Source of the DNA: Octopus sinensis
Taxonomy: Eukaryota
Reading direction: 5' to 3'
DNA: 64,000 nt
Assembly: GCF_006345805.1 (NCBI RefSeq)
Contig: NC_042998.1
Coordinates: forward strand, 177,816,001 to 177,880,000
This document shows, piece by piece, positions 51,391 through 63,870 of this stretch. The notes beneath the pieces are model-generated. The model was not told the DNA's origin. It made no database searches and was given only the letters and a program-made list of their open reading frames with translations. How positions within the stretch are numbered: position 1 is the stretch's first letter; each line of letters opens with the position of its first letter. The position numbers were made by a program, and so were the translations under genes.

Positions 51391-52889
51391 ATCTATATTA
51401 GAAATCAATATACCTGTAAAACTATTTAGAAATCACAACGATCCTAGCACTTAGGTTTGACTCTCGTTTCTATAGTATAGAATAAATGTAAAATTAATTT
51501 GTTTCTATATAGGGTGGTGATCTATTGTTGGTAACTGTCCAAGAAGTGTCTGGTGCCTATTCTTCATTACTAGATATACTGAGGAAAGTAAAATAAGGTA
51601 TCTAACACAAAAAAGAATGATAAATGAGTGGAAATTGAACCAGTGGGTGTGTTAGATAATAAGGCAGTATGACTCTCCCCAGATACTACAAAATTTGTTT
51701 CAACACATGAATTCACATAAAGAATCTTGCAAGCCAGATACAAAAAGGAAGTAAAATAAGATAATTTTCTTAGAAGCATTGAGGCAACTGCAGCAGATTT
51801 GAACTCATTACTCATAAGCTGCCAATCTGATTTCTATATCTGTTCATCTCCTCATACACTTTGCATGTACAAATATTGCTAACAACTAACAAGTGGAAAA
51901 ACTTATTTCAAGACAGCAGTCACTTGTCTTGTAACAAAGAGGCAGGAGTGGAATTTCTAGAGTTGCAGAAATGATAAAGTCAACAGATTTTTAATTGCCA
52001 CAGTCAGTAAGTACAAAATTATTCAATAAAAATGCAATTAGTTTTATACTATCAGAATGTGGCTGAATCCTATCCATCGAAACATTTTAGATTGTAAATA
52101 ACCTATCTCTGAGCCTTCTTTTAAACTTCTTTTAAATTTCTCCTTCAAGAAATTTTTGCTACCATTTTTGTAATAAAAACTGGAATCAACCCTTTGCTTC
52201 TGACAGTTAACAAAACTCCTTTTGGTTTTGCACCCACAATGAATTGTTTTTCTTTAACTCTTTTGATACCAAATCCAATGGAACTGGTCCTGGTTTTATG
52301 ATAAAAACTTTCTGTTTTAAAGTTATCTATATTAAACCCTGTCATCAAGATTTTGTGTTAATTTATGTTCCAAACATGAAAGAGGTATTTTATGAAATTC
52401 TTCATTATTTTCCAAATAAACTGGAATAAAAGTAATGTATTTCAATGGAAATATGGTAAAAAAAAAATGGGAGTTAGACACTGGGTGGATATGTATTTAC
52501 TATCTCAAACATAGTGACAGAGCTACTGATAGTCAATACAAGAAAATAGCATTGCATTGCTGGAGGTGTGAATTTTTGCATTGGTTTATAACTTGATGGT
52601 GCTTGGTTTTTCCAGAACCTCAACCTTGTAATCACTTATAATAATGCCAAGAGTAAGTTTGCTTATCTTGAAAATTTTCTGAGGGGAACACTAAATGGCC
52701 CCTGGTGCATAGTTCTTTCTTTCTTTATCTTTATTTTTTCTTTATTTGTTTTTATCTCCTACTTGTTTCAGCCATTGAACTGTGGCCATATGGAGCAGTA
52801 CCAAGTTATGGCGGATGTAAACAAACTGATACAGGTTGTCAATTAAGCAGTGTGTGTGTGTGTGTGTGGGGGGGGGGTAATGAACCCGG

Positions 52890-52926
<37 letters not shown>

Positions 52927-53254
52927 TGATAGGTCACCACATACTTTCTGCGTAACAATTTACTTAGATTGCTTTATTATACAGTTTTCTTCCTAGCAAC
53001 TACAACTCTCTCTCTCTCTCTCTCTCTCTTTCTTCCCCACTCACTAGTCACTATCATTGGCTTCCTTGTCCAAGTCTTTCAAGTAGATTATTCACCTGCT
53101 TCACCTGATTTCTTATTGTTTTTTCTTATCATATATAACATTTTGTGTCTGGATAGTCTTGATTCATGTCTATGGAGGCACCTAATAATGTTTTAACCTT
53201 TATTTTATCTTTGTGACCATATGATAATTTATAGTCAGTTCCTAATTTCAATAG

Positions 53255-53308
53255 GGTGCCATTCTGTTGGCTAGCACCAAAACCCTGCAGTATCTCAACA
53301 TGGTGAAG
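53255..53308 (+). other. Candidate 54-nt phase 0-0 exon (GAILLASTKTLQYLNMVK)
   Basis: TTCCTAATTTCAATAG| acceptor, AAG|GTCAGA donor; only frame 0 is open. Confidence 0.25.
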
Positions 53309-53716
53309 GTCAGATATAATATGAAGATATAAAGATTTCCAGGTATAGTTACTACATTCTGCTAGTCCCATCCCCACTACTTCTTATTCTTTCTTTTTAA
53401 TTATTTGTCCTTCTAACTTATTTCCTTCTCTTTGTTAGCTTCTCCTTCAATTCTACTCTCTCCTCTCTCTCTCTCCCTCTTTCTATCACACACACACACA
53501 CACACACACACACAACACACCACACCCGTGTGGAACGAAACCAGATAACACAAATGCCCAATCTTCCTTCTTCAATTTATTGTTGTAAAGCTTCCTATAA
53601 AATTATCTTTCCCCTAATTTTGAGATAAGTTAGGAAACAATTAAATAAAAAGAAAAGTAAAAGAACAACTACAGAAAATTATGAATCCTCATTAGAATTG
53701 ATCTAATGCTGTTTAA

Positions 53717-54159
53717 CTATTTAGCATTTTAATCATCCGTATCTGGCCAAAACATGTTATCTATTTTGAGTTCAAACTGGCCTGATTTTCTCTACCCTTA
53801 CAATGTCATTCTACAAAATTAACAGTTGCCTCATCAAAATCTCATAGCTACAAGATAATCATTTCTACTCTAGGCACAAGGCCCACAATCTTTGGGAAGG
53901 GGGTCAGTTGATTAGATTGATCCTACGCAACTGATACTTAATTTATTGACCCCCTAAAGGATGAAAAGCAAAGTTGACTTCGGCAGAACTTGAACTCAGA
54001 ACATAAAGACAGACAAAATACTGCTAAGCATTTCGCCTGGCATGTTAACGTTTCTGCCAACTCACCACTTTCATAGCTACAAGTTAATGTGTGATTAATT
54101 CAAAACAATGTGAATAAACAAGCATTACAATTTGACAGAGTAATCTGGATGCTAAGAAG
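53717..54159. mobile_element. piggyBac-like MITE containing a SINE
   Basis: TTAA|CTATTTAGCATT ... GATGCTAAGAAG ends. Confidence 0.6.
53860..54070 (-). mobile_element. Family B SINE with 18-bp TSD
   Basis: TCATAGCTACAAGATAAT (53842) and TCATAGCTACAAGTTAAT (54071). Confidence 0.88.
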
Positions 54160-54269
54160 TAAAAGGCTTTGATAGGGCTGAAATTTCTCTCAGTTCATGT
54201 TCAACAAAGTAATCAGTAATTCCTTAAACCTCATTTTTTATGAGGGTTATGTTAACAATATTTCTCTTA

Positions 54270-54612
54270 TAGTTCACTTGTTTCAGTCATTAGATTGTGG
54301 TTATGCTGAGGTACCACCCTGAAGGGTTTTATGCAATCAATTTCACCCCAGTACTTATTTTTTAGGTTTAGTATTTATTCTACAAGTCTTTATGCTGAAT
54401 CACTAAGTTACAGGCACATGGTGGTGGTATGATAAACATAGACACAAAGGCACACACGCACACATATAACATGAGCTTCCACACATTGTCTACTAAATTT
54501 AATCACTAGGCATTGGTTGACCTGGGGTTATAGTGGAAAACGAAGGTGCTGCACAGTGGAACCAAACCCATGTGGTTGCAAAGTAAGCTTCTTAACCCCA
54601 TAGCCATGCCTG
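54270..54612 (-). mobile_element. Family A SINE, degenerate
   Basis: Body and head remnants. Confidence 0.7.
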
Positions 54613-54789
54613 CATCTGTGGAAAAAGTTTGAGAAATTTGTGGATTATGGCTGAACTAATGTTTAGTAAATTAACGATGCAATTTATGCACCCACTTCTT
54701 TTATTCTCTTCTATCCAAGAAGTGTTGGATGAATATAAATAAAAAGAAAATAAATAAAATAAATCAAGGTTCTGACCTAAGTTACTGTG

Positions 54790-55020
54790 CTTTTAATATG
54801 GAGTATCCAATGTAGCATATCAAAGAAAACATGGATGAAACAAATTGAGGAAAACCTGAAGTTACAGCGCTTTGACCTCCAGCATGCCAAGGTCAGTGCT
54901 ATAAGCATGAAATAACATCATCACCAGAATCTATCATCCAGTGGCACCCACATCAGCATATTGGTCGAGAGGACAGCTTCCTACTCTGGTCACCAGCAAG
55001 AGATTTACTAACTTACTTAA
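54790..55020 (+). mobile_element. LINE (RTE-like) 3' end
   Basis: KKTWMKQIEENLK-like remnant with ACTAACTTACTTA tail. Confidence 0.45.
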
Positions 55021-55294
55021 TATGATAAATAAGTAATCAAAGAAAGTAATGTCTTTTTGTTCATGCAAACATCCATATTTTCATGCTATCATGGGATGGT
55101 TAAGGACTTATCTGAGGCAGAATTTTATGGCTGGTTGCTTTTCTTGTTGCTAACCATTACATGTTTTTCAAGTAAAAGATCTTTTTCATTTTATAAGCCT
55201 GTAAAAGTACTGAACAACTGCTCATAATGTCAACAAAGAATGTAAGCATATGTAACAGGATGAAAGGCCTGTAACACTGGATGGGTGCTGCTCA

Positions 55295-55427
55295 CATTTT
55301 TTTTGCTTCGTATTTCAAAAGTTTAATTATTAGTGATGATTACCAATTAGACTTTTCAAACTTACAACTCTCTATTATTGATATTTCAAACTTAATTTGA
55401 ATGATTAGATATTTGTTTTGTTTTATT
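55295..55427 (+). repeat. Dispersed direct repeat of about 131 bp, copy 2
   Basis: See 45182-45312. Confidence 0.9.
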
Positions 55428-56154
55428 AATTGGTTGCAACAGTACAACTATAGGTAAGTTAATATTTATGTATTTAATGCGTGTAAGGTTAAAAAGCTAA
55501 CCAGAATTAATTTTAGTGTGACAAAAAAGAATGTTCTCTGCATATTATATGTTAACCCTAATGTACTGATTTTCATGCAGTTGACATCTATGTATTAATT
55601 TCTAAGCAATTCTAATTTCCTACTTCAATAACCATACAATCTTTTACATTGATTTACTTTGTGATTCTTTCATCAGTACTTGAGTATGCTTCACTGATGA
55701 AGCCATAATAAAATAGAAACATGTCTGGAGTTGTCTGCCATACTTGCCCACTAAAATGGAAGCAATATTAGTCATTGACTAATACTGTTTTTGCCTCACT
55801 ATACATTTATTTCTAGTAAGCTGTTTAATTCTCCATGCATTAAATATGTTAACACTAGCTTGCCTACAATTATGATGTTGTAATACACTGATACTGAAGG
55901 ATTTATATCACTAAGGGAATCAACAATAACACGTTTCTTTCCAAGATCTGATATAAATAGCTCAGCCATCATTTATCATTATCACAGATGCATATCTTCA
56001 CCAAGATCCCGTCATCAATCACCAGCATACATACAAGTGCAAACAGTTCAGTTACTGTTTCTCATGCGCCAAGATGTTATATGTTCATTTATATTAAGTC
56101 TCTCAACTTCCTATCAAATACCTGATATATCTTGTTTGATTCATCCTTTTCTAG

Positions 56155-56163
56155 CTGCCACAG
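56155..56163 (+). other. Candidate 9-nt microexon CTGCCACAG
   Basis: TCATCCTTTTCTAG| acceptor and CAG|GTAAGC donor. Confidence 0.2.
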
Positions 56164-56639
56164 GTAAGCATCTGCAGCTGTTCTTATTTCGCAACCATTA
56201 ACCTCCAACATCTCAAGTCCTGTATTTATAATTTTCATAATAAATGTACCCCTGATCTTAATTTCAACTGAAAGGTCACAATATGTCATGATCAATGTCA
56301 CTCTTTTTTTTAACACAATTATAATAAAATATGGGTATTTAATAGTGTATTGCATTTTAGTTTTATTTTCTCATATATCAAATAGGATTTCTGTATTCAC
56401 TGTGGATTATAATATTAAATCTTTTAGGTCCTTGGTTGCAATAATGTCTCTAATGCCATTTGACCTTTTGTTCAACATTATGTATGTGAAACTTTTTGAA
56501 TTGATATATCAATATTAATATGCTGATTCCCATTAGAAGGCTTCAAAATTTAATTTACTTTAACTGTTAACAGAATATTTAAGCATGTTTTCTCTATATT
56601 GTGTTTGGGTGATAATTATTGGATTTTGTTTAAATATTA

Positions 56640-56950
56640 AAATGGCATCTACCCAGAATAGAGGCTATTGAGAACCTACATATTCCAACAATCTGATTTT
56701 CAATGGAGAAACTGTAGGAAAATTTCTAAAGTTTCAGACTTGGATCTGTAAGCTTATATTGAAAGGTTTAATGGGAAACAAGACCAAAACAAAGGTATTA
56801 ATTATGAGCACACTTAAAAAAAAAATCATCAGAAAAGTAACTTATGCAGTAGGCTTGGAAGGAATTGGTAGAAGTAGACAGAAGCTACGAATTCTGTAGC
56901 CAATAAACAACAGATACACAAAGTTGCTGTAGAATATCCATCAAAATGAC
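56640..56950 (+). mobile_element. Highly decayed RTE RT fragment
   Basis: Remnants colinear with the ELLYADDL and TKTKVL segments of the 37812 copy. Confidence 0.5.
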
Positions 56951-59073
56951 AGAAAAGCAAGAATTATTTTAAGTAAATGCATTGGCATAACAAACAGCAG
57001 GAATAGCCATCGTATTCAAATGACGGTTGTTTAGAATGTTCTCTGAAATAACAGATAAGTGCTGCAAGCTAGTGATGGAGGTGGAGATTGTAATAAAATG
57101 ATAGGTAGTATTTATGTGTAAGTGTTAAAGGATTCTCCCAACTCTCTCTGTATTAAAGTTTGTCTATACATGAAGACAGTACCACCCAACAATTACAGAA
57201 TTTGTTTGGAATTAAAAATGAATGCGTTAAGTATGACTATGTAGTGTTAGCAATAATTTGATATTAAAGGTATTGGTTGATGCTTATGTAGGAGTTATAC
57301 TTATGTAGGAGTTATGGACTTGTGATGTGAACGGATGTTATAAGGTAGATGAAAAGTGACATGGATGGAAGACTCCTTTGGTGCAGTAGGTTACATAGAC
57401 TTATAAAAAAGAAATAGTTGCTAATCAAGCCTAAAACATCTGCATCTCAAAGGTGCAATAACTCAGAGTGAGATGCATTGGAACACATGATACTGAATAT
57501 CTATCTAATAAAAACTAGGATTGAAAATAACATTGATGATAATATAACATACCACAAGATTTTGTGTTTCTCAGTTTAAATGTTACAAATCAGTTTTAAT
57601 TGTCAATTTTAGAGTTCTTAGTTGACTTTCAGTTTCTTATCTGTTAAGAGCTGATAAATTAAATATGAATTTGAGTCAAAATAGGAAAAGAAAAATTCAG
57701 GTATACAATCCTATATTAACTAACATTTGACACTGGAGATTGCTTGTCTGTTGTCCCAAATGCAAAATATATTAAAGTAGTATCTAAGTATCAGGATAAG
57801 AATTGTAATACCTTAGAAATAAACTGTTTTTGCTGTTCTTGGGAATTTGGTATCAGAATGTTCATGGATGAGTTAACTAACACATTATAGTTTAGAAAGG
57901 TTAATTGAAATAAAAAGAGGGGAAAAACTAAATACATGTGTTTTTCATTTGACAATGTAAACATGGAAAAGTGGACAATGATGATGATCTCACATCTGCG
58001 TGCACATGCGCACGTGCACACACACACACATACTTTATTCATTCTTCATTCAAAGCTCATGATTCACTCTGTTACGACAGAGTTTCTAGTCACATTTGGC
58101 CATTTTTGCTGTCTGAAGGATTGCACACTGTGAGAAATCCTGAGTAGTGACACAATGAATCATCACCTTTGAACAACTAAATATAAATCTGCTACATATA
58201 TTGACTTTTTCTCCTTACCTTAATGTGTGTGTGTGTGTATGTGCTCATTAAACTTCATCTGAGTCTTCTCTTTGAAGCAGAATAAACACTGGTGACTAAT
58301 AATAAATTGACATGAGTTTAGAAGTCACCAGGTCTTTTTGACATGTGGTTTGTGTTCATATGTTTGTATGAATGCAACATGTTTACATAAAAATAAGTAC
58401 TCAGCTGAAAAATCCCAACACATTTTGAGATGTATAGAAAGTATACTGCAAAAGCTCATCCAGATGTAGGGGTCTGTTATTGATCAACAAAACCATAACT
58501 GAAGATTTTAGGAGACAGAAGGGTTGAAGCATAAAACAATGTTATTATAGAAGGATATCATAATACATCCTATAATTCTTTATGATATCTGAGGCTGTTT
58601 CTGGTTTTGTGATACAAAACTGCCAATTTTCAAATGTTGACATGAACTTCAAAGCAAAACTTTCCATCATATATTCTTTAAGATCCTTTCATTAAGTTAT
58701 ATTTGAAATATTAAGTTTAATAATGGAAAAAAAAATAGTTGTCTCAATCCTCTGGATTCTTGATTATTTTCAAAATTGATAGAAATTCAAACAATTTGAG
58801 TTTCATCAGGGATAGAGTTATGAATGGGCTAAAGAAACATTATTCATGAGTGAAGTAACATCAAACATTCCATTAATAAAAAGAAGACAGTTGTGCAAAT
58901 CCAAAACAAAAGAAGAAATTAATAGAAATGGAAATGCTACCTAATAAAAATGGAATATTCCAAAAGAACTATTTCTCTTCATCGTTTTTTTTTTATCTGT
59001 GGCACTGACCTGTTTAATCAACATGATTAACCAGATTGGATGTAGATAGATGTTCTGTGGGGTGATAATCAAG

Positions 59074-59199
59074 CATATCCTGTATATAGATGACCTCAAG
59101 TATTATGCTTCAGATAACAAACAACTGGATATCCTGTTATATATGGGGCACTGGTTCAATTGGATTATCAGCATAAATTTCAATTTAGAAAAGAAAGCC
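59074..59199 (+). mobile_element. R4/Dong-like RT fragment
   Basis: HILYIDDLKYYASDNKQLDILL...INFNLEK, resembling HLLYMDDLKLYA...FGLDK. Confidence 0.6.
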
Positions 59200-59637
59200 C
59201 TGAAGCCACAATGAAGAGAAAAAACTAATTGAATCATGGAACTAAAAAATTAGATAACATACTTACAAACTAGATGCAGAAACAAAACACAAATGAAAGA
59301 AAGAAGAAATACGCAGTAGGCATAGACACAATTAAGAATATGAAGGCAGAGAAAACAGCTCAGGATACCCAAAATATTCAATGAGATAAGGCACATGCTA
59401 GTCACTCACATAGTTCATCTCATGTTATAGAAAGGTGTGATACTCAGTGACTGGAGTAGTAGTACCATTGTCAGCTGCTACGGGAGTAAAGGAGCTGCAT
59501 TAGAGAGAGGCAACATTAGAGGCATCAAATTGATGAACCAGGTTTTAACAGTTGCAGAAAGAGTTATAGCATAATTGAATGAGTACATAATCAGCATAGA
59601 CAAGATTCAGTTTGGTTTTGTTCCAGAAGTAATATTG

Positions 59638-59852
59638 GTTTCAAATTTTTACACAAGGCCAGCAGTTTCAGGATCGGAGTTTAGTCAATTACATGAACTC
59701 CAGTGCTCAACTGGTACTTATTTTATCGGCCCTGAAAGGATGAAAGACAAAGTCAACTGCAGCGGAACTTGCACTCAGAATGTAAAAATGGGCAAAATGC
59801 AACTAAGTATTTTGCCCAGGGTACTAACTCTTCTGCTAGCTTGCCACCTTGC
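59638..59852 (-). mobile_element. Family B SINE with 16-bp TSD
   Basis: TCCAGAAGTAATATTG (59622) and TCCAGAAGTAGTATTG (59853). Confidence 0.88.
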
Positions 59853-60069
59853 TCCAGAAGTAGTATTGACACCATCTTTGTGAGACAACTTCAGGAGAAG
59901 TACTTAGGAACATACTCCTATACCTAGCATTTGAAAGTCTTTAATGGGTTTCCAAGATCTGTAATCTGGTGGTCTCCAAAGAAACCAGGAAGAGATGAAT
60001 AGCATGGGTGTCATGCAAGCCATGTACAGAGGTGAAGTCAACAAAGTGAGAGTTAACAATTAATATAAT

Positions 60070-60300
60070 ATGTATATTTCTTTATTGCCCACAAGGGGCT
60101 AAACATAGGTGGGACAAACAAGGACAGACAAAGGGATTAAGTCAATTACATCGACTCCTGCAAAACTGGTACTTTATTTATCGACCCCGAAAGGATGAAA
60201 GGCAAAGTCGACCTCGGCAGAATTTGAACTCAGAACGTAACAACAGATGAAATACCGCTAAACATTTCACCCGGCACGCTAACGTGTATGCCAGCTTGCC
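60070..60300 (-). mobile_element. Young family B SINE
   Basis: CpG-intact TCGACCCCGAAAGGATGAAAGGCAAAGTCGACCTCGGC. Confidence 0.9.
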
Positions 60301-60789
60301 ATGAGTTCATCATTGCTGAGTTTTCAATTACCACTTATTTATTATTGTCCCCTGGACTATAGATGAAAAATTTAAGGCTGTTGTCAATGGGAACTCCTAT
60401 ATGCTGATGATTTATTTCTTTTTGGTGAATCTGTAGATTTAGAGAAGAAATTCCAAACATAGAAAAGGCATTGTTTTACTTAAGTTGTTCAGTGCCTAAT
60501 CAGGCAAACTGGTGGAAAATGAATGTTAAAATATTAATAGTTTGGAGATACTAGAATGTAAAGTATAATTATATTTAAGTCTTTCAAACCAATTGCATTA
60601 TTTCTGTTATGCCACCATCAACTGCCTTCTCTCTTGATTAATCTCTCACTTATCACTCACCTGCTCTATTCATTGCATTGGTCACCTGTGTAACAGAAGT
60701 GTACAGTATTTTATATACAGTATTATATATCTGTTACAGATCGGCTGTAATAGATATGTAATACTGTACACTTCAATTGAGATATATAT

Positions 60790-60985
60790 ATGTCACATGG
60801 ATCAACCAGACTATCTGGTGCCAAGTCAGCGCCACTGGCTACAACATTTGTTCCATTCCCCTCTGCTCTTGCCACTCTCCTCCACATTGCTTCAAACATT
60901 TTCCTTAAATCATCTTCCCACCAGATTGGAGGTCTTTGGAGTGGTCTCTTCTGCTTGTACAGGTACCACTCAACAACCACATTGC
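60790..60985 (-). mobile_element. RTE ORF2 C-terminus and 3' end
   Basis: VVEWYLYKQKRPLQRPPIWWEDDLRK...WRRVA. Confidence 0.7.
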
Positions 60986-61030
60986 AACCTTTTCAGTAGT
61001 CTTGACTCAAGACTATTGAAAAGGTTGCAA
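60982..61030. other. 24-bp near-perfect hairpin
   Basis: TTGCAACCTTTTCAGTAGTCTTGA-C-TCAAGACTATTGAAAAGGTTGCAA, one G.T pair. Confidence 0.9.
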
Positions 61031-61141
61031 GATGCAACGGAAATTTTAGGAAAATAAAAATAAGGGATAAGTGGAAATTTTACAGGTGAGTGTGCTACAT
61101 TATAAGGCACAAAAAGAAAATGACTCTCCCCATACACAACA

Positions 61142-61221
<80 letters not shown>

Positions 61222-61222
<1 letters not shown>

Positions 61223-61357
61223 CCAGTCTGAAGCCAGGAGGCTGCATCAGACTGGAGCCTGGTGCAGCCTCCTGGCTTCCCAGACCCCGGTCGAACCGTC
61301 CAACCCATGCTAGCATGGAAAACGGACGTTAAACGATGATGATGATGATGATGATGA
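61222..61357 (+). mobile_element. Young RTE tail with inverted 5' extension, in (TA)n
   Basis: Consensus tail from 61247; (TA)n on both sides. Confidence 0.9.
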
Positions 61358-61538
61358 TATATATATATATATATATATGTTGCTCCTGTCCACCCATCTG
61401 ACAAAAATGAGTAATCCTGCTTATGGACTGGCGTCCTTCCAGGGTGGGATATATGCACCACAGAAAATGGGAAACTGGTCCTTTGAGTCAGTATGATACA
61501 GGAAAAAATCTTTATTTATTATATATATATATATATAT

Positions 61539-61614
<76 letters not shown>

Positions 61615-62103
61615 AATGTATGGAATTCTGTTAAATTTTATCTATATTATATATTTTCTCCAGTTGTATCTGAATGTCTGGATTCGTACAGCCAGTTTCA
61701 AGTTGATTTCAACTAAAATAGATACAGGAGCAAATTATTTTCGAAAGCTGTTTTTGTAGAAATGTCAATTTTCCAATTAACTGACAGTATATATGTCACA
61801 GGAACAATTGAATTTATTATTATATGACTTGATAGCAGACATCCACTAAATTTTGACTGAAAATCTTGTTCAAAAATAATAGAGTGCCCCTACCCCACCA
61901 AAAAAGGAAAAAAAAGAAAGAAAATCACAGAAAATAATGTACCCCTCACCCTTAAAAATAGAAAAAAGAAAGAAACAAGAAATGAAATGTAGAGAAAGTG
62001 TAATGGCAAGTAAGAGGAAGAATGACAACTGTAAGAACAAAAGATATCAGAATAGAACTAGAACTAGTTCTGCAGTGTAGCTCAATATCGTTTGAGATAG
62101 CTA

Positions 62104-62790
62104 TGGTGGTGGTGGTGCTGCTGCAGCTACTGATGTTGCTGATGATGATAATGGTGGTTGCATGATGATGATGATGGTGGTGTTGGTAGTGGAGGTGATG
62201 GTGTTGGCGGCAGTGGTGGTAGTGGTGCTGCTGCAGCTACTGATGTTGCTGATGATGATAATGGTGGTGGCATGATGATGAATGATGGTGGTGTTGGTAG
62301 TGGAGGTGATGGTGGTGGCAGTGGTGGTGGTGGTAGTGGTGCTGCTGCAGCTACTGATGTTGCTGATGATGATAATGGTAGTCGCATGATGATGATGATG
62401 GTGGTGTTGGTAGTGGAGGTGATGGTGGTGGCAGTGGTGGTGGTGGTGGTGGTGCTGCAGCTACTGATGTTGCTGATGATGATAATGGTGGTTGCATGAT
62501 GATGATGATGGTGGTGTTGGTAGTGGAGGTGATGGTGGTGGCAGTGGTGGTGGTGGTAGTGGTGCTGCTGTAGCTACTGATGTTGCTGATGATGATAATG
62601 GTAGTTGCATGATGATGATGATGGTGGTGTTGGTAGTGGAGGTGATGGTGGTGGCAGGGTGGTGGTGGTGGTGGTGGTGGTGCTGCAGCTACTGATGTTG
62701 CTGATGATGATAATGGTAGTTGCATGATGATGAATGATGATGGTGTTGGTAGTAGAGGTGATGGTGTTGGCGGCGGCGGTGGTGGTGGTG
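62104..62790. repeat. Minisatellite, 6 units of 110-115 bp built from GGT/GAT/GCT triplets
   Basis: YAGCTACTGATGTTGCTGATGATGATAATGG recurs at 62124, 62234, 62348, 62458, 62571 and 62686. Confidence 0.92.
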
Positions 62791-63088
62791 GTGGTGGTGG
62801 TGGTGGTGATGGTAATCCCAGTGGCATTAACAACAATGATGATGATGATGATGATGACAATGATCTTTGCCTCTTCCTCCTCCTCCCTCTCCTCATTGTC
62901 ATTGTCACCAACTGCCTACACTTTAGTATACTCCCACTTAAAGTCATGATGATGATGATCCTCCTCCTCCTCCTCTTCTTAATTCCTCTTATCATCGTTC
63001 TTTTATCTTATTCTTTCAATTTTTGATGCTAGCTTCAGTCAACCACCCCATCCCAGATAAATCACATAAAAAAAAAGAAAAAATGAAG

Positions 63089-63130
<42 letters not shown>

Positions 63131-63679
63131 GGGAGAGAGAGAAAGAGAGAGAGTTAATTTTTTTCTTCTAATATTACAGTTCATGCAAATGTCACTTACT
63201 TTTCAGTGATAGATATATAAAACTACAATTATTCCAAGAGGAAATGGTGGTTACAGGTATTAAACGGGGTTTTCACGATTGAGAAACTTCCACCCAAAGC
63301 CTGTACAGCAAGGATTAATTTAGCAAATAATTTATATTTATAGGAAAATAAAAGGTTAGAGGGCTAAATGGCTAAATGGCTAAATGGCTAAATAGACAAA
63401 ATATTAGGCTTTGGGTACATGTGTGGGTAGCTATTTGGTCTGCTATATATATAAAATGTTTACAAATCATAAAAAAATACTTAACGAGTTTGAAGGCTGA
63501 ATGTGTTATTTTATATTTCAAAGGTTATGTAATACAAGATGTTTCATATAAGGGGACAGCATAGTTGCCTGTAACCACAATCATCATCAGTATCATCATC
63601 ATCATCATCACCACCACCATCATCATCATCATCATCAGTTAACTTTTGTATCCCATGGCAGCAAGGTTTGGACAATAAA

Positions 63680-63870
63680 TCTTTTCTTTTACCCACTACA
63701 CTCTCGGAGTGGTTGGCGTTAGGAAGGACATCCAGCTGTAGAAACTCTGCCAGATCAAGATTGGAGCCTGGTGCAGCCATCTGGTTCACCAGCCCTCAGT
63801 CAAAATCGTCCAACCCATGCTAGCATGGAAAGCGGATGTTAAACGATGATGATGATGATGATGATGATGA
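63680..63870 (+). mobile_element. RTE 3' tail
   Basis: CCACTACACTCTCGGAGTGGTTGGCGTTAGGAAGG...(GAT)n. Confidence 0.9.

Larger units (their letters stand above)
59430..60470 (+). mobile_element. RTE RT fragment split by two family B SINEs
   Basis: GNIRGIKLMNQVL...IDKIQFGFVP; VRQLQEKYL; LLYADDL-like segment. Confidence 0.8.

Noticed and set aside
52145-52348. ORF with FYHKTRTSSIGFGIKR, faintly like a post-RT motif
   Set aside because: Similarity is too weak, and part of it overlaps a MITE remnant
58060-58170. Minus-strand exon GDDSLCHYSGFLTVCNPSDSKNGQ
   Set aside because: Weak splice sites; overlaps the motif shared with 14150, which argues for non-coding sequence
1199-60300. tRNA genes
   Set aside because: All tRNA-like sequences are SINE heads without a complete cloverleaf
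61380-61490. V-SINE/Deu-like core (ATGGACTGGCGTCCTTCCAGGGTG)
   Set aside because: Probably a decayed SINE, but too short to assign or bound
62127-63026. Pro-rich or Gly-rich protein gene
   Set aside because: Unit lengths of 110-115 bp break the frame, and all frames are low complexity
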